Of a DNA stretch of 64,000 nt, positions 19,188 through 28,203 are shown piece by piece (position 1 is the first letter of the stretch; each line of letters opens with the position of its first letter). A program made the translations under genes and the position numbers. This stretch comes from Patescibacteria group bacterium. GTDB lineage: Bacteria; Patescibacteriota; Patescibacteriia; UBA9570; JAHJKD01. The notes under the pieces are model-generated. The model was not told the DNA's origin and searched no databases. It saw only the letters and a list, made by a program, of their open reading frames with translations. Location: positions 24,996 through 88,995 of the forward strand of contig JAZDOC010000006.1 of the NCBI GenBank assembly GCA_043798935.1. The letters run 5' to 3'.

Positions 19188-20183
19188 ATGAATGAATTAG
19201 AGCAATTAAAAAATAATCGAAAAGGATTGATTATCCATCATTGGGATACGGACGGCTTGTGTTCGGCGGCTTTGCTCAAACGTTTTTTTATTGCATTAAA
19301 TTCTAAGATAGCGCTTGATATAATGCCACCGACCATTAATAATTATTTTTTAACGGCTAGAGAATTCACAGAAATTAAACGCGCAAAATATGACTTCATT
19401 ATTACTTGCGATATAAATTTTCCGCCTAAAGTGGTTTTAGAACTCGAGGCCATTAAACCAAAAAAAGTATTTGTTTTTGATCATCATAAGCAAGATCCGA
19501 TTAAAGAAGTGCATTATTATAATCGGCGTTATCCTAGTAACACTTTAGTATTGGCTGAATATCTGGAATTAGATATGGATTTATTAATCAGCTTAGGTGC
19601 TATCGGCGATAAAGAGGAAAAAATAAAACAAGATAAACAATATTGGCCGTTAATAAATAAAGTATTAAATAATAATAATATAAATTTTGAGCAAGTATTA
19701 CAGATTAGAGATTTAGTTGACGCCAGTTACGTTATTAATGATGCAGATTTAATGCGGAAAGTCATTGATGTATTAGCCATTAATCCGTTATTAATCACTA
19801 AAAATGATGAATTGAAAAATTCATTAAATTTAATTCATAGTGAAATTCAAAGTAAAACAGAGCGAACACCAGATGAAATTATTAATGGGGATGTATTATT
19901 ATTTAATATTGAATCTAATTATAATATTTTATCTCAAGCTACCAGAGTTTTAGCTAGAAAATATCTGAATAAAATAATATTAACTTATTCAAAAAAAGGC
20001 GAGCAGACTAATATATACATTCGTCGTCAAGATTTAGATTTAAATTTATCACCACTTATAACTTGGGCCAGATCGCAGAAATTCAATTCCGGCGGAAAAG
20101 AAGAAGTTGTTGGAATAATAATTAATCAGGATTTTTCTAATATTAAATCTGATTTAGTCAATAAAATAAGAGAATTACTATGA
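19188..20183 (+). CDS. DHH-family phosphoesterase, NrnA-like (candidate 3'-phosphoadenosine-5'-phosphate phosphatase)
   Basis: IIHHWDTDGLCSAALL (motif I/II) and VFVFDHHKQD (DHH motif); about 330 aa with DHHA1-like C-terminal half. Confidence 0.65.
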   Translation: MNELEQLKNNRKGLIIHHWDTDGLCSAALLKRFFIALNSKIALDIMPPTINNYFLTAREFTEIKRAKYDFIITCDINFPPKVVLELEAIKPKKVFVFDHHKQDPIKEVHYYNRRYPSNTLVLAEYLELDMDLLISLGAIGDKEEKIKQDKQYWPLINKVLNNNNINFEQVLQIRDLVDASYVINDADLMRKVIDVLAINPLLITKNDELKNSLNLIHSEIQSKTERTPDEIINGDVLLFNIESNYNILSQATRVLARKYLNKIILTYSKKGEQTNIYIRRQDLDLNLSPLITWARSQKFNSGGKEEVVGIIINQDFSNIKSDLVNKIRELL

Positions 20184-21565
20184 GCCAAAAAAAATTATTT
20201 GTTTTGGGGCTTGATTGTGCCACGCCGCAATTTTTATTTGACGAGTATTTAGATGATTTGCCGACATTTAAAAAATTATTTTCTCAAGGAGCCTATGGTA
20301 AATTGCGAAGCACTATTCCGGCTATTACGGTTCCGGCTTGGATGAGCATGATGACAAGCCAAACCCCGGGAGATTTAGGAATCTATGGATTTCGTGGGCG
20401 GCGGGCCGGCTCGGGGTATAACGACATGTTTATTGCCAGTGCTGAGCATGTTCAATATAAAAAAGTTTGGGATTATCTAAACATGGCTGGATTAAAAACC
20501 GGCATGCTAAGCGTGCCGTTAACCTATCCGCCGCAGACCGTGGATGGATTTATGGTAAGCGGTTTTATGACGCCATCGCTGGAAAGTGAATTTACTTATC
20601 CCAAAGAATTAAAACAAGAAATTGCCGATGTGGTAGGCGAATATATTTTTGATTTTGCAAATCGTTCAACCGAAGCTCCGGAAAAGATTTTGGAAAAAAT
20701 TTATGAGATGACCGATAAACGACATAAATTAATCAAGTATTTTATCAAAAACAAGCAGTGGGATTTTTTAATGATGGTAGAAATGGGCGTGGATCGGATT
20801 CATCATTACATGTGGAGCTATGTGGATCCAAAGCATCCTAAATTTCAGGGAGAAAATAATAAATTTAAAAACAGCATTAAAGAATATTATCAGCATATTG
20901 ACCGGCAGCTAAGTGAAATTTTAGATTTATTACCGAAAGAGTGTAGTGTTATGATAGTGTCTGATCACGGCGCTAAGGCCATGGATGGTATGTTTTTAAT
21001 TAATGAATGGCTAATTAAAGAAGGGTATTTAGTATTAAAAAATTATCCAACTAGCGTCACTCGGCTGGAAAAATGTGATATCGACTGGTCTAAAACCAAA
21101 GCTTGGGCTTGGGGCGGTTTTTATTCCCGCATTTTTATTAATGTTAAAAGACGCGATCCGGAAGGTATCGTGGAAGATTTTGAAACAGAGCGAGATTCAT
21201 TAGCCCGAAAATTAAAAGCCATAACCGATGATCACGGTAATAAATTAATAAACATTGTCGCACCGGCTAATGAATTATACAATGATCCCCAAGGCGATGT
21301 ACCGGATTTATTGGGATTTTTTGGAGATTTATCTTGGCGACCAGGCGGTACCGTCGGGCATAATAAAATTTATATTCATGAAAACGATACTGGCCCTGAT
21401 GATGGTGTGCACGATTGGAACGGAATATATGCTTTTTGGCAGCCCGAGAAAACCGGAAGCGGGTTATTGCCGGAGTCGAGTATTTTAGATATTGCGCCAA
21501 CTATTCTAAATTATTTTGGAGTGGATATCCCAAAAGATTTTAAGGGAAAAATAATTAATTACTAA
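20180..21565 (+). CDS. alkaline-phosphatase-superfamily protein, nucleotide pyrophosphatase/phosphodiesterase (PF01663-like)
   Basis: LFVLGLDCATPQF N-terminal metal/nucleophile motif, MIVSDHGA motif; paralog of 25914-27518. Confidence 0.6.
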   Translation: MSQKKLFVLGLDCATPQFLFDEYLDDLPTFKKLFSQGAYGKLRSTIPAITVPAWMSMMTSQTPGDLGIYGFRGRRAGSGYNDMFIASAEHVQYKKVWDYLNMAGLKTGMLSVPLTYPPQTVDGFMVSGFMTPSLESEFTYPKELKQEIADVVGEYIFDFANRSTEAPEKILEKIYEMTDKRHKLIKYFIKNKQWDFLMMVEMGVDRIHHYMWSYVDPKHPKFQGENNKFKNSIKEYYQHIDRQLSEILDLLPKECSVMIVSDHGAKAMDGMFLINEWLIKEGYLVLKNYPTSVTRLEKCDIDWSKTKAWAWGGFYSRIFINVKRRDPEGIVEDFETERDSLARKLKAITDDHGNKLINIVAPANELYNDPQGDVPDLLGFFGDLSWRPGGTVGHNKIYIHENDTGPDDGVHDWNGIYAFWQPEKTGSGLLPESSILDIAPTILNYFGVDIPKDFKGKIINY

Positions 21566-21571
21566 AAAAAT

Positions 21572-22177
21572 ATGACCGAACAAAAAGCAACAAACATCAC
21601 TTGGCATGATGGCGAAATTAATAAAAAAGAGCGTGAGCAGTTATTAAAACAAAAAGGAGTAATTTTGTGGTTTACGGGTCTTTCCGGATCTGGAAAGTCT
21701 ACTGTAGCTGTAGCTTTAGAAAAGAAGCTGTTTGAAATGGGTCACATTAATTACCGTTTAGACGGCGATAATATTCGCCATGGCCTCAATAAAGATTTAG
21801 GCTTTTCACCAGAAGATAGAGTAGAAAATATTCGTCGTATTGGTGAAGTATCAAAATTATTTGCCGATGCTGGCGATATTGTTTCGACATCATTTATTTC
21901 GCCGTATCTTAAAGATCGTGAGATTGTGCGTGATTTAGTTCCAGCCGGAGAGTTTATAGAAGTTTATGTAAAATGTTCGCTGGCTGAATGCGAAAAGCGC
22001 GATCCTAAAGGATTATACAAAAAAGCCCGCGCCGGAGAATTAAAGCAGTTTACAGGCATAGACGCGCCTTATGAAGAGCCAATTAACCCTGAAATGGTGG
22101 TAGAAACCGACAAACAGGCTGTAGAGCAAGTGGTGGATAAAATATTAGCTTATTTAAAAGAAAAAGGCATAATTTAA
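21572..22177 (+). CDS. cysC: adenylyl-sulfate kinase (APS kinase)
   Basis: P-loop [13 protein letters not shown], 201 aa, typical CysC length and motifs. Confidence 0.9.
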   Translation: MTEQKATNITWHDGEINKKEREQLLKQKGVILWFTGLSGSGKSTVAVALEKKLFEMGHINYRLDGDNIRHGLNKDLGFSPEDRVENIRRIGEVSKLFADAGDIVSTSFISPYLKDREIVRDLVPAGEFIEVYVKCSLAECEKRDPKGLYKKARAGELKQFTGIDAPYEEPINPEMVVETDKQAVEQVVDKILAYLKEKGII

Positions 22178-22224
22178 GCTTTAATCAGAAAAATATACAG
22201 ATTTATTGCTTTATTATTTTAGGC

Positions 22225-22253
22225 TTGCCAAATAACGAAAACTAGGGCATAAT
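22225..22253 (+). promoter_or_regulatory. candidate promoter TTGCCA-17-CATAAT ending 7 nt before the ATG (possible leaderless transcript)
   Basis: 5/6 -35, 17-nt spacer, 5/6 -10; predicted TSS coincides with A of ATG at 22260. Confidence 0.3.
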
Positions 22254-22259
22254 AATGGC

Positions 22260-24017
22260 ATGTTAAAATCGTTACAACGTTTCTGGATAATTACAATTGT
22301 TATCTGTCTAATTTTAGGCGCATTTTTTTCATATATTTATTTTCAGGATCATGCTTGGGGTACCTGGGGAGACGATAGCGCCGGATACATTTATTTGTGG
22401 GGCAAAATGGATCAAAATAAAGATTTAGTTTATCAAGAGCCTTTAACCGTAGCGGCGCTTAAATTTTTTGGTAATGAAAAATTAGCACGCTGGACCACGC
22501 CGACTCATCATGAAATCATCTCGCCGTCGGGGTATGTCGCATCCAAATATCCGATAGGCCTTTCACAAATAATGCTATTGTTTTCTCGGCTCTTTCAAGA
22601 CGATAAGGCTATTTATTATGTCTTGCCATTACTAGCAACAATAAATTTAATTCTTGTATATTTAATATCACTAATATTTTTTAAAGACATTAAATACAAA
22701 CACTTTTTTAGTTTGTTGCCGGCCTTTATGCTGGGCCTGGCTAGCTTGTATTATAATTATGCTATTTCTCAGCCCATGCGGGAAATTCCGTCTATGTTTT
22801 TCTTATTGGCTGGTTATTTATTTTTATTGCTGGCAGTTGAATATTATGGTTCACAAAATCAAAAGAAAGATAAAATATTTTTTTATACTTTAATAATATT
22901 AGCATCATTATTTGCCGGCTATAGCTTAAACGTTAGAGAAACCAGTATCATGATTTTGCCGGCTTTTTTAATAATGTTGTTTAGTATATCTAATAGAAAT
23001 GCTGAGCCCCAAGAAAAAAATAAAAACATTAAGTTTAAAATTAAATTAGCATTATTAGCTTTATTAATGTTAATTATCGCTTATATACCGTCTTTTATTA
23101 ATTCGGCTGATATTACCCAATTTAAAGAAAAATTCAGAGCTAAAGATATCACGTCTATTGCCATTACTTCAAATTTTGATCATATCAGTTCATTTAGCTT
23201 GCAAAATGTTTTTAATAACCAGGGAAAATTCAGGCCCGGGCGCGGTGCTTTACCGCATTATTGGGGCGTAATGAATGATAATTTAGCTGTCTGGCCATGT
23301 TTTATTGTTCTAGCAATAATAGGACTATATTCTATTTATAAAAAAAATAAATGGCTATCGGCCAGTTTACTACTATGGATTCTGGGTGTATTAATAATTT
23401 TTTCTTTATGGATAAACCCTTATTCCAGATATATTTTGCCACTGTTTCCAATATTAGCCATTTGCGGAAGTTATGGATTGTATGCAGTGTGTTTTAAAAT
23501 TGTACCACATTTTTTCAAGAATAAACGCCTACAGTTTTTAGTTTGTTTAATAATATTATTATCTTTAATTATTTCATATCTACCGGCAATAATCGATATT
23601 AAAACTAATTTTAATGAAAATGAAGACGGCGAAGAAAAGTTGGTGTTTAAAGCAATCTCTGAAAATGATTTATTTAGTTTAAAGGGTTTAGGAGAAAAAA
23701 TTTATACTGATAATAAAACTGATAAACCGCCATTAGTGGTTTTTAGCGGTACTTGGCAATACGGAATTTCTGAAACTTTTGAAGCCCATACTGGAATTCA
23801 AGGTATCCACATGCCACTTGAAGACAAGAAAAATGTTTTCGATAAAGAACAGGTAAAAGATTTTTTTACCCAAGAAGTGTTTCCAAATTATAATGTATAT
23901 TTTTGGATAGACGCGACCAGTAAATCAAACAGCGTTGATTTTATTAATTATTTTAAAGTACAACCTAAATATTCTTATTCATTAACATTTGCTAACCCCA
24001 CTATTTATGGAAATTAA
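22260..24017 (+). CDS. multi-pass membrane protein, putative GT-C glycosyltransferase (ArnT/PMT-like)
   Basis: 585 aa, about 10 N-terminal TM helices with early acidic loop motif (WGDDSAGY), large C-terminal extracytoplasmic domain. Confidence 0.4.
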   Translation: MLKSLQRFWIITIVICLILGAFFSYIYFQDHAWGTWGDDSAGYIYLWGKMDQNKDLVYQEPLTVAALKFFGNEKLARWTTPTHHEIISPSGYVASKYPIGLSQIMLLFSRLFQDDKAIYYVLPLLATINLILVYLISLIFFKDIKYKHFFSLLPAFMLGLASLYYNYAISQPMREIPSMFFLLAGYLFLLLAVEYYGSQNQKKDKIFFYTLIILASLFAGYSLNVRETSIMILPAFLIMLFSISNRNAEPQEKNKNIKFKIKLALLALLMLIIAYIPSFINSADITQFKEKFRAKDITSIAITSNFDHISSFSLQNVFNNQGKFRPGRGALPHYWGVMNDNLAVWPCFIVLAIIGLYSIYKKNKWLSASLLLWILGVLIIFSLWINPYSRYILPLFPILAICGSYGLYAVCFKIVPHFFKNKRLQFLVCLIILLSLIISYLPAIIDIKTNFNENEDGEEKLVFKAISENDLFSLKGLGEKIYTDNKTDKPPLVVFSGTWQYGISETFEAHTGIQGIHMPLEDKKNVFDKEQVKDFFTQEVFPNYNVYFWIDATSKSNSVDFINYFKVQPKYSYSLTFANPTIYGN

Positions 24018-24678
24018 TAAAATCAGCGATATTAAAAAATATCAAAAAGCGCACGATAGTATTTTTTCCAAACTAATTACCCGTAAAATTTCAGTTATTT
24101 TTAGCTTTTATTTAATTAAGCGTTGGAAGCAGGTAACACCTAATAAAGTTTCGCTAATTTCTTTTATTACAGCCGTGGTAGCTATCGGATTATTTCTGGC
24201 TGATAATTATTTTGTTCGATTACTCGGCGTAGTTTTTTTACAAATTTCTTTTGCCTTAGATTGCTCTGATGGAGAAATTGCTAGAATTAAAGAAATGAGT
24301 TCTAAATTCGGCGCTTGGATGGATAGTGTTTTAGACAGGTTTAAAGAAGTAATGATGTTTGGAGCATTAACTTTTATTGTTTATAATTATGCCTGGGATA
24401 CGTCTGCTTTATTAATCGGATCTTTGGCAATAATTTTATGGCTATTAGTGGGATTTTTAAGAGAAGCAAAAAAGTCTTCCTGGCCGGAAAAGCGCACAGC
24501 GGAATTATATATTACTGATAACATATATATCGGTACCGTAGATACTACTATTTATTTTGTATGCTTTGCCATAATAATCCACATGGAATTGATGGCGTTA
24601 TGGGTTTTTGCAATTTTGGGATTAATACTACTAGTGAAACAAATTATTAGTGCTTGGCAGCTGGAGAAAAAGATTTAA
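23989..24678 (+). CDS. CDP-alcohol phosphatidyltransferase family protein
   Basis: D-x2-DG-x2-AR-x7/8-G-x3-D-x3-D signature: DCSDGEIARIKEMSSKFGAWMDSVLDRFKE; 6 TM helices. Confidence 0.7.
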   Translation: MLTPLFMEINKISDIKKYQKAHDSIFSKLITRKISVIFSFYLIKRWKQVTPNKVSLISFITAVVAIGLFLADNYFVRLLGVVFLQISFALDCSDGEIARIKEMSSKFGAWMDSVLDRFKEVMMFGALTFIVYNYAWDTSALLIGSLAIILWLLVGFLREAKKSSWPEKRTAELYITDNIYIGTVDTTIYFVCFAIIIHMELMALWVFAILGLILLVKQIISAWQLEKKI

Positions 24679-25966
24679 AATATTTTGTCTGCATAAACAG
24701 CAGAATTATAAAGAGAATAGATAAAGCGATAGTTGAAACTCTGGTTAATATAAAATTACTATTCGGAATGAAATTGTAAAATTCTGTCGAAATGAAAATA
24801 ACAACACTAATAATACTTAAATAAACTTTTTTTTCTTTTAAAAAATAATAGATTAACCATATTAGAATTGGTACGGTCCAAAATAAATATTGAGCATGAA
24901 CACTTTTATTGAACAATAGAAAAAAAGTCATCATCAGAGCATAATCATTTAAATATTGTTGCCCAGAAAGAGTAACTCTTTTTTTATACATTAAGTATAA
25001 AATTGTTGTAAAGAAAAAAATTGTTGATAAAAGAAATAAATCATCAAAAGTTGATATTAAAGTTTGATTGGGCAATGATAAAAAGGGCAAATAATTTTTT
25101 TTAATTGCGACTCGAACAAGGCTATATAAAGAAACTCCTGATGTTAGATCGTTTATGCCATTAACAAAATATTCCCAAAAAACATTTTTCCAGAAATAAT
25201 AAATGCCATTTATTTTAAAATACGGAACAGTCGCGATCACTAATAATATTGATGAAAAAACATAAGATGTCAGGGCACGCCATTGTTTTTTAATAATAAA
25301 ATATGGAACGAAAATAACCGGAAATATTTTTAAGGCTGTTGCTATAGCCAAGATACTGCCAGCCATAATCGGTTTTTTTTTATAAAGAGCAATAAAAGTG
25401 GTGATTAATAAAAATAATATCACCCCATTAATTTGGCCGGTTCCCATTAAGCTGTTAATTGGTGCGGCAAAACATAATAGAAGCAATGAAATGGAAAAAA
25501 GCGGATGGAATAATTTTTTTCGATCAATTAAAAAATAGATACCGGCATAATAAGTAATAATAAATAGCAGTGAATTAAACTAGAGCCAATAGTGAACTAA
25601 TATTTTAAATTTAAAATGCGAAAAAAATAAAAAGAAAAGCGCTGCTTGCGGTGGATATAAAAATTTTGTTCCGCCGCTATCGAATACTTTTCTAACTTCC
25701 GGTCTAAAAAACGGACGATTATAGATGTCGACGGCGGTTAAAGGAGTTAATATACCGGTTAATACTTTTGATGATGTATAATAAACGCACATATCGCTCC
25801 GACCATAGCCTTTGTTATTAAGATAAACACCGTTGTAATAAAGAAAAAAAATAATCGCTATTATAAACAGAACAATACAAAATATCTTATAAAATTTTAA
25901 TAAATTATATTTGTTAAAATTTAATGTCATTGATAAGATTATTAATCGCTTGTTTTTCAGTTTCAA
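24647..25966 (-). pseudogene. GT87/DUF2029-like GT-C membrane glycosyltransferase interrupted by one in-frame TAG (codon at 25580-25582)
   Basis: ORFs 25580..25966 and 24647..25486 are in the same frame; manual translation shows no other stop between them (amber then FNSLLFIITYYAGIYFLIDRKKLFHPFFSISLLLCFAAP...); N-terminal part has the YPPqAAlFF motif typical of DUF2029. Confidence 0.4.
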
Positions 25967-27518
25967 ATATTATTTCTTTTTGTTCCTTAAAAATTTCGGT
26001 TATTACTTTGCCGTCCATGTCGCGCGGGATAGGAATATTTAATAAATGTAATATAGTAGGTGCAAGGTCGGTAATATTATTGTCTTCTAACTCTGTATTT
26101 GATTTAATATTTGGTCCTAGAGCCAAGAAAATACCGTCCATATCATGGTGGTATTTATTACTGTCCTGATTATCATTAAAAATTTTACCTGAATAGAAAT
26201 TACCGTCTAGCCAGTAATTTTTTAAATCGAAAAATAAATCAGGCGCATCTATGGGGGCATTTTTTCCGTAAACATCTTCTTTGGTTAATATTTTTTCGAT
26301 AACTTTTTCTCCTGAAGCATCAGTAAGTTTTTCTAACTTTTGTTTAATTTCGGTTCTGATTTTTAAATATTCTTTTTCGGTTTTAATTATACCGTCGTGA
26401 TATTTTTTTTGATAATTTAGATATACATTAGTAATATGACCGCCTTTTGGGATACAAGCATAAGTTTTGCTGTAGTCAACTCCAATGTTAACTTTTAAAT
26501 TGATCGGTAGATATTTTTTAATGAATTTTTTATACAGCCAAAAACTAAATTTTTCTAACCAGGGAAAGTACGATAAAATTTTAAAAGCGCTTTTTCCTAA
26601 ATTAATTGCCTTGTATTTTGATTGTGTTTTAGTTGCTTCACGTCCGCGACGAGTGACACGGGTTTTAAATTGTTCTGAACCAATTTTAGAAGTGAGATAT
26701 CCTTCTTTTTCTAACCATTTATTGATATAGAAAATTTTGTGAAAAGAAGTGAATCCATGATCGCTCATCATAAGTAAAGTTGTATCAGGAGGCAAGTTTT
26801 CTAAAAACCATCCTAAATAACCATCGATTATTTTATATATTTCTAATGATTTTGGATCGCGATCATTAACAACTTCATCAAAACGAGCGTGCTGAAGCCA
26901 ATCGGTAGCGGAAAAAAGATAAAAGAAAAAATCCCATTTTTTTGTAGTAAATATTTTTTTAACAGCTGCTAAATGATCGTGTTCCATTTGACCGATTTCT
27001 TCAATGTATGCTTCTTGTCTTTCTTTCATGCGCAAAGATTCATTAGGAGTGAGTTTGTATTTTTTTAGTTCTGGAAATTCTTCAATTAATGAATTTGGCC
27101 AAATCCATTGGTCGCCTTGTGTAAGCAAAGAAGTAATAACAATGTGTTTATCTTTTAATCGTGGTGGCCAGGAATTAGGCAGGTTAATTGTAATGGGTTC
27201 TAATCCTTGTTCGGAAATAATTTCGTAAACTGTTTTGCCTTTTATATCACGGGAAGATGTGATACGAAAATCAGTTAGACTGCCATTAGATAATAAAAAA
27301 TCATAAACACCATGCTTGCCGGGTGTTTTACCGGTAGCGAAAGTAGTCCAGGCAGTACCGGTCATGGGTGGAATCGTGGATTTTAAAATTCCATGACTGC
27401 TTAATTCTAATATTTTTTTAAAATTAGGCATTACGCCTTCTTCAGCCAGCGGTTTTAAAATTTTATATGTTCCGCCATCGAGGCCGATTACAACAACTTT
27501 ATTGTTTGCTTGTGTCAT
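25914..27518 (-). CDS. alkaline-phosphatase-superfamily protein, nucleotide pyrophosphatase/phosphodiesterase (PF01663-like), paralog 2
   Basis: VVVIGLDGGTYKIL and MMSDHGF motifs; alignable with 20180-21565 (LKSTIP..T..AW....T..TPG..G.Y.F). Confidence 0.6.
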   Translation of the reverse strand: MTQANNKVVVIGLDGGTYKILKPLAEEGVMPNFKKILELSSHGILKSTIPPMTGTAWTTFATGKTPGKHGVYDFLLSNGSLTDFRITSSRDIKGKTVYEIISEQGLEPITINLPNSWPPRLKDKHIVITSLLTQGDQWIWPNSLIEEFPELKKYKLTPNESLRMKERQEAYIEEIGQMEHDHLAAVKKIFTTKKWDFFFYLFSATDWLQHARFDEVVNDRDPKSLEIYKIIDGYLGWFLENLPPDTTLLMMSDHGFTSFHKIFYINKWLEKEGYLTSKIGSEQFKTRVTRRGREATKTQSKYKAINLGKSAFKILSYFPWLEKFSFWLYKKFIKKYLPINLKVNIGVDYSKTYACIPKGGHITNVYLNYQKKYHDGIIKTEKEYLKIRTEIKQKLEKLTDASGEKVIEKILTKEDVYGKNAPIDAPDLFFDLKNYWLDGNFYSGKIFNDNQDSNKYHHDMDGIFLALGPNIKSNTELEDNNITDLAPTILHLLNIPIPRDMDGKVITEIFKEQKEIIFETEKQAINNLINDIKF

Positions 27519-28203
27519 ATTGCTTGAATTGTTTATAATTTAGATAAATAGAAAAACAAGTATAAATAAATTGAATGATTGCATACATTACTAGTAATAA
27601 AGAAACTTGGTTAAGCAGTGCAAATATAATTATTAAACCATAACGATCCGCTTCTTTAAATAGCAGAGTGTGTTTAAGCGATCGAATGAATTGGCAAGGA
27701 ATTTTTTTAATAATAACTTTTTCAGATATTTGAGCTTTATATTTTAATTCGAAAGATTCGCGCCAATAACGCGACATGTTTCTTAAATATTGGAAACTCA
27801 GTGCAAAAAAAGCGAAGACATAAACTAAGCATTCGTGATTAATTTGATAGGCACCCCAGGCTAATCCAAAAAGAATAAGTACATCTTTAATTTTATCAGT
27901 ATAATGATCATACCATTCTCCTAATTTAGATTGTTTGCTAATCAAGCGCGCTAGTTGCCCATCTACACAATCAAATATTAAAGTTATTAGTAATAATAAA
28001 GAACCCACAATCAATTGATTATTAGCAAATAGCCAGGCAGTAATAATACCGGAAATAAATGAGATAGTTGTGAAAAAGTTAGGTGATAACCATTTTATTT
28101 TAGTAGCCATTTTGGCAATCAAAAAAGATATTTGACCAGCAAAATAATATGTTAGCAAACTATCTTCTTTCTTTATGACGTCGCGCGGGTTGTTATAGCT
28201 CAT
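27499..28203 (-). CDS. CDP-alcohol phosphatidyltransferase family protein, paralog 2
   Basis: DCVDGQLARLISKQSKLGEWYDHYTDKIKD signature; 6 TM helices. Confidence 0.7.
   Translation of the reverse strand: MSYNNPRDVIKKEDSLLTYYFAGQISFLIAKMATKIKWLSPNFFTTISFISGIITAWLFANNQLIVGSLLLLITLIFDCVDGQLARLISKQSKLGEWYDHYTDKIKDVLILFGLAWGAYQINHECLVYVFAFFALSFQYLRNMSRYWRESFELKYKAQISEKVIIKKIPCQFIRSLKHTLLFKEADRYGLIIIFALLNQVSLLLVMYAIIQFIYTCFSIYLNYKQFKQYDTSKQ

Noticed and set aside
21255-21500. Pair of 77-aa ORFs on both strands
   Set aside because: Both are embedded in the AlkP-family gene 20180-21565, whose frame has clear family motifs. They are chance ORFs.
24647-25966. Genome-wide TAG recoding as the explanation for the in-frame amber codon
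   Set aside because: Several well-supported genes in the window terminate with TAG followed by normal intergenic features, for example 9338-9340 before a terminator, 11233-11235 and 25580-25582 itself. A local nonsense mutation or sequencing error is more likely than a recoded genetic code.
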